From the IMG/VR virus record IMGVR_UViG_3300036790_000034, positions 1 through 64,000 of that record: DNA of 64,000 nt; one strand, written 5' to 3'. Below, in pieces: positions 54,675-62,925 of this stretch. This DNA comes from a virus. A program made the translations under genes and the position numbers. The notes below the pieces were generated by a model. It was not told where the DNA came from. It saw only the letters and a program-made list of their open reading frames with translations, and searched no databases. Positions within the stretch are counted from its first letter, which is position 1. Each line of letters begins with the position of its first letter.

Positions 54675-56306
54675 GTGGCAAAGACGAAGGACCAGTGGGT
54701 AACAACTGAGTTGGTTTCCGAGGAGTTTGTGAAGCAGGGTGGGAACCAGTCAGCAACGGCTCGTGCGTTGGGCATTCATCGTCGCACTGTAGACCGACAC
54801 CTGAGACAGACGGGTCTTCTGAAGAAGCCTCTCGCGGGCGGCAAACGCCATGCTGAGGGACTCAAAACAAATCTCCCGGCCAAGGGAACCATCAAACGTT
54901 TCATCCTGACATCGGCACAGAACAACACCCACGTCCACAAGGCGTTCTGGGCGAATCTGACTGCGATGGCAGACCACTATGATGCGAAGATTCTGGTCGG
55001 CACGTTTTCGTACAACCAGAACAATTTCGGTCGCCTCGCTGTCAAGCAAGGCACGAAGAAAGCATACGAAAGCACGCTGTGGTTCGACCCAGCGGTCAAG
55101 CCGTACATCGCGGACGAGAAAATTGAACTCGCTCCGGGGTTGACATGGTGCGGCAACATGAACATTCTCCCGACGATGGACAATCCCATCAGCGGGCTAG
55201 AGACCTATGAAGGCTCTAATAGCACAATCTTCCCGCACACGAAGATTGAGATGCGGTCCATCGCGACAACGCCAGACCTCCCGACGAAGATGATTTACAC
55301 CACGGGAGCCTGCACGCTGATGAACTACATCCAGAAGAAGGAAGGCATCAAAGCAGAGCATCACCACCGTTACGCGTTCCTGCTCGTCGAAGTTGACGAC
55401 AAGGGCAACTGGTGGGCACGACAGGTCGCGGCCCGTAAGAGCGGACGAGTCATCCAAGATTTGAATGTCATCGTCGAAGGCGGTGAGGTCATCACTGACG
55501 ACGCGAAGGTCGATGCGATTACGTGGGGCGATTTGCACGGCACGCTGGCCCAGCCGGAAGTTGTCGATGCTTCACAAATCATGCTCGATGAATTGAAGCC
55601 GCGTTACCAGTTCATTCACGACATCTTTGAGGGCATCTCGGTCAATCCGCACCTTCGGAAGTACAAAGCGATTCACGAGAAATTCTCCGCATGGAAGCGG
55701 GGTCTGCATCGTGTCGAAGAGGAGTTGAAACAGACGCGGCCAGTGCTTGAACGCTATCTGCGTCCGTGGTGTAAGACAGTTTGCCCCGATGCAAATCACG
55801 ACCGTGCATGGTTTAAGAAGTGGCTTCGCGAGTACGACTATCGCCCGGACCCACCGAACACTCAAATTTTCCTGCGGATGCAGGACTTCATGTACTCCCA
55901 ATTGGATAAGGGAGTTCTGGCAAAGAACGTCAATTTGACGAAGTTCGTGCTGGAGAGAGAAGCTGGTTTGAAAGAAGGGGCTATCAAGTTCCTTCTGCCG
56001 GACGAGCCGTATCAGGTTGAAGAGGTCGAGTGCGGAATGCACGGACACCTTGGGCCGAACGGAGCGTTTGGTTCGCCATCGAACCTTGCGAAGATTGGAA
56101 AGAAGGCATCGACCGCACACACGCACTCATGCGGCATCTATCACGGGCTGTATGTCGCAGGAACGTCGTCGAAGCTGACGACCGAGTGGGATTATACTAG
56201 CGGCCCGACATCATGGTCTCACAGCCACGTCGTGCAGTATCCGAACGGCCAGCGTGCCATCGTGACAATGAAAATTGTTGACGGGGTCGCGAAATGGCGG
56301 GCATAG
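54675..56306 (+). CDS. T5 A1-like metallophosphoesterase-fold nuclease with N-terminal HTH
   Basis: KRFILTSAQNNT, NILPT..PISG, NYIQKKEGIKAEHHH, WGDLH, QFIHD, ANHD, MHGHLGPNG, AHTHS, YPNGQR; pattern recalled from T5 A1. Confidence 0.8.
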   Translation: MAKTKDQWVTTELVSEEFVKQGGNQSATARALGIHRRTVDRHLRQTGLLKKPLAGGKRHAEGLKTNLPAKGTIKRFILTSAQNNTHVHKAFWANLTAMADHYDAKILVGTFSYNQNNFGRLAVKQGTKKAYESTLWFDPAVKPYIADEKIELAPGLTWCGNMNILPTMDNPISGLETYEGSNSTIFPHTKIEMRSIATTPDLPTKMIYTTGACTLMNYIQKKEGIKAEHHHRYAFLLVEVDDKGNWWARQVAARKSGRVIQDLNVIVEGGEVITDDAKVDAITWGDLHGTLAQPEVVDASQIMLDELKPRYQFIHDIFEGISVNPHLRKYKAIHEKFSAWKRGLHRVEEELKQTRPVLERYLRPWCKTVCPDANHDRAWFKKWLREYDYRPDPPNTQIFLRMQDFMYSQLDKGVLAKNVNLTKFVLEREAGLKEGAIKFLLPDEPYQVEEVECGMHGHLGPNGAFGSPSNLAKIGKKASTAHTHSCGIYHGLYVAGTSSKLTTEWDYTSGPTSWSHSHVVQYPNGQRAIVTMKIVDGVAKWRA

Positions 56307-56363
56307 GCTGGGAGTCAGGGAAGTTCTACAACATATAACGTCCGGCATCTCTGGGAGGAGAAC

Positions 56364-56630
56364 ATGGCAGACGAACAGCAAGGACAGCAGCAGGGGTTCA
56401 TTCAAATCCGGCTCGACGGCTCTTACGGCCCCGGCCCGATGGCTGAACTAACAATCACAACCAAGACCGAGACTGGTGGGGAAACGTCCGTACAGTTCAC
56501 GATTCCCTACCTTCTCATTGACATGAAACGTCTTCAGTACATGAGCGACATCAATCTCATTGTGGGGTACGGCGTCAAGAAACAGCCAGAGGCTCGGCTG
56601 GCCGGACTACGGGAATTGGGGCTGGGCTAA
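56364..56630 (+). CDS. hypothetical protein (88 aa)
   Basis: GGAGGAG RBS; coupled to the next gene. Confidence 0.6.
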   Translation: MADEQQGQQQGFIQIRLDGSYGPGPMAELTITTKTETGGETSVQFTIPYLLIDMKRLQYMSDINLIVGYGVKKQPEARLAGLRELGLG

Positions 56631-57256
56631 TGGCACAGGCTAAAATCAATTTCCTGAAAGACCACAAGAAGGTTGTCGGTTGCGACCTTGACGATGTCCT
56701 TGCTAACTTCATCCAGAAGTTCATGGACATTGCTCATGAGTTGCATGGCGTGGACCCGACCATCCGTCCTTCCGATTGGGAGTGGACAGGTCTCGGCAAG
56801 ACGCCCGAGGAGACAATCAAAATTACAGAAGACGTGTGGGCGGCAATCATCGCTGACCCGTATTTCTGGACAACCCTCGAAGTCGAGCCGGGGGCCAGCG
56901 TGGACCTTGTCCAACGTCTGGAGTCGAAGACGAAGCTGTATTTTCCGACGGCTCGTGCAGTCACAACAGGCGGCGTTGATGTCGGCTTCCAGTCGGCACG
57001 ATGGCTGCTCAACAAATTCGGAATCCCTTTCCCGACGGTCATCGTTGGCGACCAGAAGGGTCCGTTGGCGAACGCCCTGAAGTACGACTACTTCGTGGAC
57101 GACCGTCCGAAAAACTGTGTGGAAGTCAAAGCAGCCCGTCCTGAGTGTCAGGTGTTCATTAAGACCGCCTCGCACAACACGACGATTGTGCTGCCGGGAG
57201 TGCAACGCGTCGAAAACTTTGACGAGTTCGCCCGTATCGTGTTAGCTGAAGCATAG
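56630..57256 (+). CDS. 5'(3')-deoxyribonucleotidase (HAD, NT5C-like)
   Basis: VGCDLDDVLANF, FWTTLE..PGA, TAR, YFVDDRPKN. Confidence 0.85.
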   Translation: MAQAKINFLKDHKKVVGCDLDDVLANFIQKFMDIAHELHGVDPTIRPSDWEWTGLGKTPEETIKITEDVWAAIIADPYFWTTLEVEPGASVDLVQRLESKTKLYFPTARAVTTGGVDVGFQSARWLLNKFGIPFPTVIVGDQKGPLANALKYDYFVDDRPKNCVEVKAARPECQVFIKTASHNTTIVLPGVQRVENFDEFARIVLAEA

Positions 57257-57265
57257 GAGGAAGCA

Positions 57266-57745
57266 TTGTCCGAGAACGAGAAGGTTGCCCCGAAGTCGAA
57301 AGCACTCGGCAGCAACCCAAAGGATTTGCTGGGCAGCAAGAAGCCCTCACTCACCAAGATTCCCAGCATCGCTCTTTTGTGGGAATCTCTCGCAATGATG
57401 GACGGCGGTGGTAAGTACGGGCCGTATAATTGGCGGGCGAACAAAGTCATCGCAAGCATCTACATCGACGCGTGCAAGCGACATCTCGACGCATGGTTCG
57501 AGGGTCAACAGTTCGCGGAAGATTCCGGCTGTCATCACCTTGGTCACGCTAGAGCGTGTCTCGGGATTCTGCTCGACGCGGAAGCGACGGGCAATTTGAT
57601 TGACGACCGCCCTACAACCGACGGGTCCACTGAAGCGTATCAGCGGACGATGGACGCCGTCATCGCAAAAATCCCAGCAATGACGGAACGGCACAAGAAG
57701 TTCCATGCTGAGAAATCCGCGAAAGAAGCGGCAAAGACGACATAA
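57266..57745 (+). CDS. dATP/dGTP diphosphohydrolase-like (DUF5664) protein
   Basis: NPKD..GSKKP, GKYGPYNWR, YIDACKRHL.AW.EG, DSGCHHLGHA.AC. Confidence 0.85.
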   Translation: MSENEKVAPKSKALGSNPKDLLGSKKPSLTKIPSIALLWESLAMMDGGGKYGPYNWRANKVIASIYIDACKRHLDAWFEGQQFAEDSGCHHLGHARACLGILLDAEATGNLIDDRPTTDGSTEAYQRTMDAVIAKIPAMTERHKKFHAEKSAKEAAKTT

Positions 57746-57871
57746 CCCTCGTGCTCCCGGCGACCCCGGTTTGAGCGAGGGCAGCGTGACTCCCCACCAG
57801 TTAGAGACAAAGCGGGAGCGGTGGACGGGTAGACCGGAAGCGTGAGCCGAACTGCCCGACAAATTCTATGA

Positions 57872-57952
57872 CCCCGTGAAGATGAGAAATGTGGTCAGCA
57901 TCGCTCATTCGAGAGCGAGGAACGAAGGGCACACCACCTTCCACGGGGACCA
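57872..57952 (+). ncRNA. non-canonical tRNA-like element
   Basis: 7-bp CCCCGTG/CACGGGG plus A-CCA; GATG/CATC; GCTC-ATTCGA-GAGC; GAAGG/CCTTC with an atypical loop. Confidence 0.5.
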
Positions 57953-58033
57953 GTTTAAGCGTTCCGAGACGTAAACTCGGTGGGGTGACACAGCACAGAG
58001 CCGCGACCTATCGTCACAAGATAGGAGTTCTTC

Positions 58034-58330
58034 GTGGGCTACAAAAGTAAGTTGGATAAACAGGCTTGGGACAAACGCCGCATGGCGGATACCAAGCAAC
58101 GAATTGAGCAGTATCTCCGTGAACATCCCTGCGTGGATTGCGGAAATGATGACATAAATGTGTTAGAGTTCGACCATGTACGAGGATGTAAGTCTTATAA
58201 CGTGGGTCGATTCGGAACGCTTCGCTTTGAAACTCTATTGAAAGAAATTGCGAAGTGTGATGTTCGATGTGCGAACTGTCATCGTAAGAGACATAGACTT
58301 TGTGGTGCGTACCGTCCGATGACGGCGTGA
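58034..58330 (+). CDS. HNH-type homing endonuclease
   Basis: PCVDCG..VLEFDHVRG..EIAKCDVRCANCHR; RBS inside hairpin CCTATC/GATAGG. Confidence 0.8.
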   Translation: MGYKSKLDKQAWDKRRMADTKQRIEQYLREHPCVDCGNDDINVLEFDHVRGCKSYNVGRFGTLRFETLLKEIAKCDVRCANCHRKRHRLCGAYRPMTA

Positions 58331-58377
58331 GCCTGTGATGCTCATCGAAAAGGGTTTGACTCCCTGCGTACCCTCCA
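58303..58377 (+). tRNA. non-canonical/degenerate tRNA-like gene, anticodon GTG (His)
   Basis: TGGTGCG/CGTACCC-T-CCA; CCGTC/GACGG with a 4-nt loop; 6-bp GTGAGC/GCTCAT around CT-GTG-AT; AGGG-TTTGACT-CCCT. Confidence 0.5.
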
Positions 58378-58388
58378 ATCGAGGAAGC

Positions 58389-58586
58389 ATGAAAGCACCA
58401 TCCATTGGTCCGCAAGACGGAGCACGGTTCAACATCGCAGTTCAACGACCGACCGTCAACATCAAAGAAGCTGAGAACGTTGGTGAACAGGCTCAAGCAG
58501 CCGCCCATGTGACTCCGCGAGTATCATTCTCCAAGCACGCGACCTTCGGCCCGAAGGCCGTGACGCATCCGGGTTTGGAGAGTTAG
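58389..58586 (+). CDS. hypothetical protein (MKAPSIGPQDG...)
   Basis: GAGGA RBS. Confidence 0.55.
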   Translation: MKAPSIGPQDGARFNIAVQRPTVNIKEAENVGEQAQAAAHVTPRVSFSKHATFGPKAVTHPGLES

Positions 58587-58955
58587 ATGCCTAAGGGTGT
58601 TTATAAGCATCGGAAAGGGCGTAAGTCGCCCAACTGGAAAGGCGGGGTCTACTTGTCGAACCCGCAACGATACCAGAAATCCTATCGCCAGTCTCACTAT
58701 ACCAGCACTTATAAACGTGACCGTTATCGTGTATTCAAGGCGATGTGGGTCGCGTACAAAGGTGGGAAATGCGAAGATTGCGGTGGGACTTTCCCCAACT
58801 GTGTATTCCAGTTTCATCATCGTAACCCCGAAGAGAAGAAGTTTACTATCGGGAGCGGGGCACACAAGGCTTATGAGGTAGTGAAGGCCGAAGTTGATAA
58901 GTGTGATTTGCTTTGTGCGAACTGTCATTTCATCCGAGAGTATGAAGATGATTAA
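58587..58955 (+). CDS. HNH-type homing endonuclease
   Basis: SPNWKGG; YKGGKCEDCG..FQFHHRNP.EKKF..KCDLLCANCH. Confidence 0.85.
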   Translation: MPKGVYKHRKGRKSPNWKGGVYLSNPQRYQKSYRQSHYTSTYKRDRYRVFKAMWVAYKGGKCEDCGGTFPNCVFQFHHRNPEEKKFTIGSGAHKAYEVVKAEVDKCDLLCANCHFIREYEDD

Positions 58956-59430
58956 CATCAAATTCACGAAAGAACAGGTCGGGTTTGAATCCCCGGCCAA
59001 AGGGCCTCATCATTGTGGAGAGTGCCGCTATTTTCTAGGCGGTCGATGTGCTATCGTCTTCGGAGTTGTCACTTCTGGAGACTGGTGTGAAAAATTCCAA
59101 GAGAAGGAAAATATGAACGCGAAGAGTCCCGCAGAGTTGAACAAGGCCGAGGCGTGCGAAGCACGTTGCGGTGAAAAGAAGGCCGACGAGAGGTCCAACC
59201 ATCCCGGCCAAGGTATCAAAGAGCATGGTTTGAAAATCAAAAGCCGGACAACCGGACGTGTCGTTGATGTGGGTTTCGGTCCACAAGGCGGCGGTCTTGT
59301 CCCGAAGAATCCGTTCGCGTCCCTCGCACAAGAGGGCTATCTGCACGCACATCCTGAGAAGCTGGGTGCGAAGAAGCTGGCCGAGTTCGATGCGGCGACG
59401 AAGGGGAAGAAACTTCCCAAGAAGAAATAG
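58948..59430 (+). CDS. protein with N-terminal HiPIP-like four-Cys domain and basic C-terminal module
   Basis: CGECRYF..RCAIVFGVVTSGDWCEKF; possible internal start at 59113; PFASLAQ...KGKKLPKKK. Confidence 0.55.
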   Translation: MINIKFTKEQVGFESPAKGPHHCGECRYFLGGRCAIVFGVVTSGDWCEKFQEKENMNAKSPAELNKAEACEARCGEKKADERSNHPGQGIKEHGLKIKSRTTGRVVDVGFGPQGGGLVPKNPFASLAQEGYLHAHPEKLGAKKLAEFDAATKGKKLPKKK

Positions 59431-59440
59431 TGGAGGAGCA

Positions 59441-60190
59441 ATGAGTACACCGACAGTGACACCAGAAACTCCCGTGGCAGGGGTCTCAGCACAGACTTGG
59501 TTTCAGAAGCATGAGCGGATTGTCATCGCTCTCTTTGCTCTGACACTCGGCGTGTGGGGATTCAACAAGTGGGTGGATGTTTCCGCGAACAACGCGAAGA
59601 CTCAAGCAGCCGTCTCGGAGCAAGCACGAGTCGCACAAGACACGACCGTCAAGCAGTTGCAGGCTCAGATGGCAACACAGGCTCAACAGTTCTCCCAGAG
59701 CCAAGCAGAGATGAAGGCAGAGGTTCTTTCCCTTGTCTCCGCAATCGCTCAACGGGATGCGAAAGCTGCCCAACAGATTCAGATTGTGACCGCTCCGAAG
59801 ACGCCGACACAAGCTGTCGCGGATTTGACGACGGCCTATCCGAAACTACCGGATGCTCCAGTTGTCACCGATGGTGGTGCGACGGTCTCGACCGCCGATG
59901 TTCAGCAGTTCACAGTCGCTAAGATTGAAGGCGACACGGCGAAGGCGGACCTCGACGACACGAAGACTGAATTGACCAAGACGAACACGACGCTGTCGCA
60001 AGCAGTCTCGCTCCTCGGAACGAAGGACACTGTCATCGCTGGATTACAGTTGGATGTCACGAAGCACGACAAAGCGTGCGAAGACTCGAAGACGGAATTG
60101 AAGAGAGAAGCACGCAAGGACAAGTGGCACGCGTTCCTCGCTGGTGCAGGCACCGTCGCCGTCATCGCAATGAAGTTCATGAAATTCTGA
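59441..60190 (+). CDS. membrane-anchored coiled-coil protein (spanin-like)
   Basis: N-terminal TM IVIALFALTLGVW; long coiled coil; C-terminal hydrophobic segment; GGAGGAG RBS. Confidence 0.55.
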   Translation: MSTPTVTPETPVAGVSAQTWFQKHERIVIALFALTLGVWGFNKWVDVSANNAKTQAAVSEQARVAQDTTVKQLQAQMATQAQQFSQSQAEMKAEVLSLVSAIAQRDAKAAQQIQIVTAPKTPTQAVADLTTAYPKLPDAPVVTDGGATVSTADVQQFTVAKIEGDTAKADLDDTKTELTKTNTTLSQAVSLLGTKDTVIAGLQLDVTKHDKACEDSKTELKREARKDKWHAFLAGAGTVAVIAMKFMKF

Positions 60191-60264
60191 GCGGGTGTGG
60201 GCCATTGGTAGGCTAGTTGGCTTCCACCCAACTTATGGGAGTTCAATCCTCTCCACCCGCTCCA
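60191..60264 (+). tRNA. tRNA-Gly(TCC)
   Basis: GCGGGTG/CACCCGC-T-CCA; GTTGG-CT TCC AC-CCAAC; TTCAATC T-loop. Confidence 0.9.
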
Positions 60265-60327
60265 TCGACGTAAAGCAAGCATACCCCGGTGATGCCGATT
60301 AAAAGGATTCGCCGGGGATTGTGATGT

Positions 60328-60414
60328 TGGCATGTAAACCGTAACTGGTAGCGGGCTGCACTGTTAATGCAGTAGCTCACGCTTCTGTAGGTTCGAGTCC
60401 TACCTTGCCAGCCA
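60328..60414 (+). tRNA. tRNA-Asn(GTT) with long variable arm
   Basis: CTGCA-CT GTT AA-TGCAG; 14-nt variable region; GTAGG-TTCGAGT-CCTAC; G-CCA. Confidence 0.85.
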
Positions 60415-60419
60415 ATTTG

Positions 60420-60774
60420 TCTGCCTCTGTTGAAACAGGCTTGCCCCGGATTCAGGGTAACGAACGCCCACGCGACACAGATGGCGTGGTGATGGTCTGC
60501 TGCTCGGTGAAACTCCGGGCGTATCCGAGATGACGAGAAGGATTACGCACGACGCGTGCTGGCGTTGCATCGTGTGACTTCGCTCGTCGGTTCCACCAGC
60601 AAAGACTTGCCGTAGAAGACCCCTGAACTCGTCGAAGGCGTTGCAGCCGAGAGTTCATGCCTCTACGCCCCACCTTTCCGGCCCGATGCAACTAAGGCTA
60701 GTGAGGTTGCGTGCAACGGGGAACTCGCTAGGTCCGTCGAGTGGGCATTTTATAGATGCCTGTTACGGACCCAC
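60420..60774 (+). ncRNA. structured ncRNA candidate (about 350 nt) inside the tRNA cluster
   Basis: Nested helices and a T-loop-like GCTCGG-TGAAACT-CCGGGC; no credible ORF. Confidence 0.45.
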
Positions 60775-60849
60775 GGGCCTTTATTTCAATTGGCAGAATC
60801 CCTCCCTTGCACGGAGGAGATGGGGGTTCGAGTCCCTCAAGGTCCACCA
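60775..60849 (+). tRNA. tRNA-Ala(TGC)
   Basis: GGGCCTT/AAGGTCC with G3.U70; CCTCC-CT TGC AC-GGAGG; A-CCA. Confidence 0.92.
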
Positions 60850-60887
60850 TTCTTTTTGTCCGTTACTAATGGACACGCAACGAACAC

Positions 60888-60963
60888 GGACAGATAGCTC
60901 CAATGGTAGAGCGTCGGTTTGAAACTCCGAAGGTTCGTGGTTCAACCCCACGGCTGTCCACCA
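60888..60963 (+). tRNA. tRNA-Phe(GAA)
   Basis: GGACAG/CTGTCC-A-CCA; GCTC/GAGC D-stem; TT GAA AC loop; CGTGG-TTCAACC-CCACG. Confidence 0.85.
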
Positions 60964-60981
60964 TCTTCCCGAAAGGTAATC

Positions 60982-62781
60982 ATGCCACGAGGACTCAATC
61001 GCAGCGGTGACTTCCGCAACGGCTCACCCGTAACAACTCCAATCGACTTCGGTACAGACATCACTCTGCCACATGACTTCGGGAATGACGTGACGTGGCC
61101 GACTCCTGACCCAACTCACTTCGGCAACGCGGTCACTTGGCTCCCAGACCCCGCACACTTCGGCAACAAGATTCAACCACCGTTTCCGGCTCCGACGTTC
61201 ACGAGTGCAACTCCGAACAATGGACCGACGACAGGTGGAACGCCCATTGCCATCGTAGGCTCGGGCTTCACAGCGACAGGTCTCGAAGTTCTCATTGGTG
61301 GAGTACCGTGTACGAGTGTCGTCGCAAGCGATGACAACAATCTGACGTGCGACTCTCCGGCGGGTTCCGCTGGGTTGACCGACATAGAAATTATCACGGA
61401 TGGCGGCAGCGTCGATGTACCGAATGCATGGACGTACAACGTCCCGGCCATCGCAATCGTCGCTCACACGATTCAGACGGGCGTTACATTCACTCCCGGC
61501 ATCACGACTTCAGCCATCAATTCATCTGGGGCATCGTTGCTGTTTCTCGCGGTCAACGGCTACCCAGCCGTCAATGCTCAAACGAGTAACTCTATCGTCA
61601 TCACGGACTCAAAGGGTAACACATTCCGTCCGGTTCCGAACGGGAACACGGCACCATCTCCCGGCATCGTTCTCTTTTATTGTTCCGAACCTGTGACTGG
61701 CTCCGGCCACACAGTCAAGGTAGCATTCGGTGATTCAGGTGCGGGCGGTTACATTGCGTTTTCTGCATGGTCGAGCACACACAATCTTGTTCCGCAAGGC
61801 CAGGTTGTCAACTCGGGCACGACGAATCATGCGGCTCCATTCCAAGGCGGTTCACTCAACAGCAACACGGGCGACCTCATTCTGTCGGTCATCGGTGGAT
61901 ACAACGGCTTCAGCACGAGCACGGGTCTCCCAGCAACAGTTGACACGGGCTTCACCATTCTTGATAGTGCCTTTGACTTGACGCCCGGTGCTGGCAGCGG
62001 TTGCGGTGGACTATCATACGGATATCTATTAGCACCGAATGCAACGCCCGTCAACCCGACGTGGACAATGCAGGCATCTGTTACTGCTGCGATGGTGGTC
62101 AATGTCGTCTTCGCGAAGGCTTCTACGGCGACGGTTCAACTCATTGTACAGGCAAAAGCTACTTCTGCGAATGCGACAACAACGACTCCGGCGGTCAATA
62201 CGACAGGAGCCAACTTCCTCATCGCATCCGTTCAGAAGTTCTCAGATACGGGTGGTCCTGCGGGCATCACGGACAGTTTCGGCAATACGTGGCACAATGT
62301 CGCGTGGAGTCAATCTCAGAGCAACGGCAAACCTGCATTCTACTACGCGTTCAACGCAACGGTAGGAGCAGGGCATACGTTCACAGTGACAGATAGCGAT
62401 GGAGCTATTTGTGTCATGGCCTTCTCCGGTGTCCAGTCTAATGCTGACCCGTTGGAGTCCGGTAATGACATCGCGGCTCTATCCGGGTCCGCGACATATC
62501 AAGCGGCATCACCAATTACTCCGGCGTCGGCGGGTGACCTAGTTGTCACGGCTCTCGGCAACATCTTCGCTACGACTCCTCTGACGACCTTCCTCAGTGT
62601 TGACCAGACCAATCTGTCTGGTGGTTTGACTTCACCGAACAGCAACGATTGTGCTGGAGCTATCGCGTTTAGCATCGCACAGGACAATACGACTCCACTT
62701 CAACCGACGTGGACCGGATTGACCAGTGGTGCAGACTTCAACCGAGGTTACAACATCTTCGCCGTGTTCAAGCACGCATAA
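60982..62781 (+). CDS. IPT/TIG-domain virion or surface protein with tandem C-terminal beta domains
   Basis: PTFTSATPNNGPTTGGTPIAIVGSGF (IPT/TIG); N-terminal (D/H)FG(N/T) repeats; two ITDS.GNT domains. Confidence 0.75.
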   Translation: MPRGLNRSGDFRNGSPVTTPIDFGTDITLPHDFGNDVTWPTPDPTHFGNAVTWLPDPAHFGNKIQPPFPAPTFTSATPNNGPTTGGTPIAIVGSGFTATGLEVLIGGVPCTSVVASDDNNLTCDSPAGSAGLTDIEIITDGGSVDVPNAWTYNVPAIAIVAHTIQTGVTFTPGITTSAINSSGASLLFLAVNGYPAVNAQTSNSIVITDSKGNTFRPVPNGNTAPSPGIVLFYCSEPVTGSGHTVKVAFGDSGAGGYIAFSAWSSTHNLVPQGQVVNSGTTNHAAPFQGGSLNSNTGDLILSVIGGYNGFSTSTGLPATVDTGFTILDSAFDLTPGAGSGCGGLSYGYLLAPNATPVNPTWTMQASVTAAMVVNVVFAKASTATVQLIVQAKATSANATTTTPAVNTTGANFLIASVQKFSDTGGPAGITDSFGNTWHNVAWSQSQSNGKPAFYYAFNATVGAGHTFTVTDSDGAICVMAFSGVQSNADPLESGNDIAALSGSATYQAASPITPASAGDLVVTALGNIFATTPLTTFLSVDQTNLSGGLTSPNSNDCAGAIAFSIAQDNTTPLQPTWTGLTSGADFNRGYNIFAVFKHA

Positions 62782-62784
62782 CAC

Positions 62785-62843
62785 AAAGGCCCGCTGTCAA
62801 CATGGTTCCATTACGGAACTATATTGACAGCGGGCCTTTTTCT
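62785..62843. terminator. long bidirectional terminator hairpin between convergent arms
   Basis: AAAGGCCCGCTGTCAA...TTGACAGCGGGCCTTT with inner GTTCC/GGAAC; T tract on the plus strand. Confidence 0.75.
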
Positions 62844-62845
62844 TT

Positions 62846-62922
62846 TGGTGGCTAGGGGACGATTTGAACGTCCGACGGCGGGCTTATGAGGCCCGTGCTC
62901 TACCAGACTGAGCTACCCAGCC
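62846..62922 (-). tRNA. tRNA with CAT anticodon (elongator Met most likely; Ile2 not excluded)
   Basis: GGCTGGG/CCTAGCC-A-CCA; CGGGC-CT CAT AA-GCCCG; GGACG-TTCAAAT-CGTCC. Confidence 0.9.
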
Positions 62923-62925
62923 ATG

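Noticed and set aside
57746-60774. Self-cleaving ribozyme (hammerhead, twister, HDV-like/theta) near the tRNAs
   Set aside because: I could not find the required catalytic cores by eye; needs an Infernal or RNArobo search
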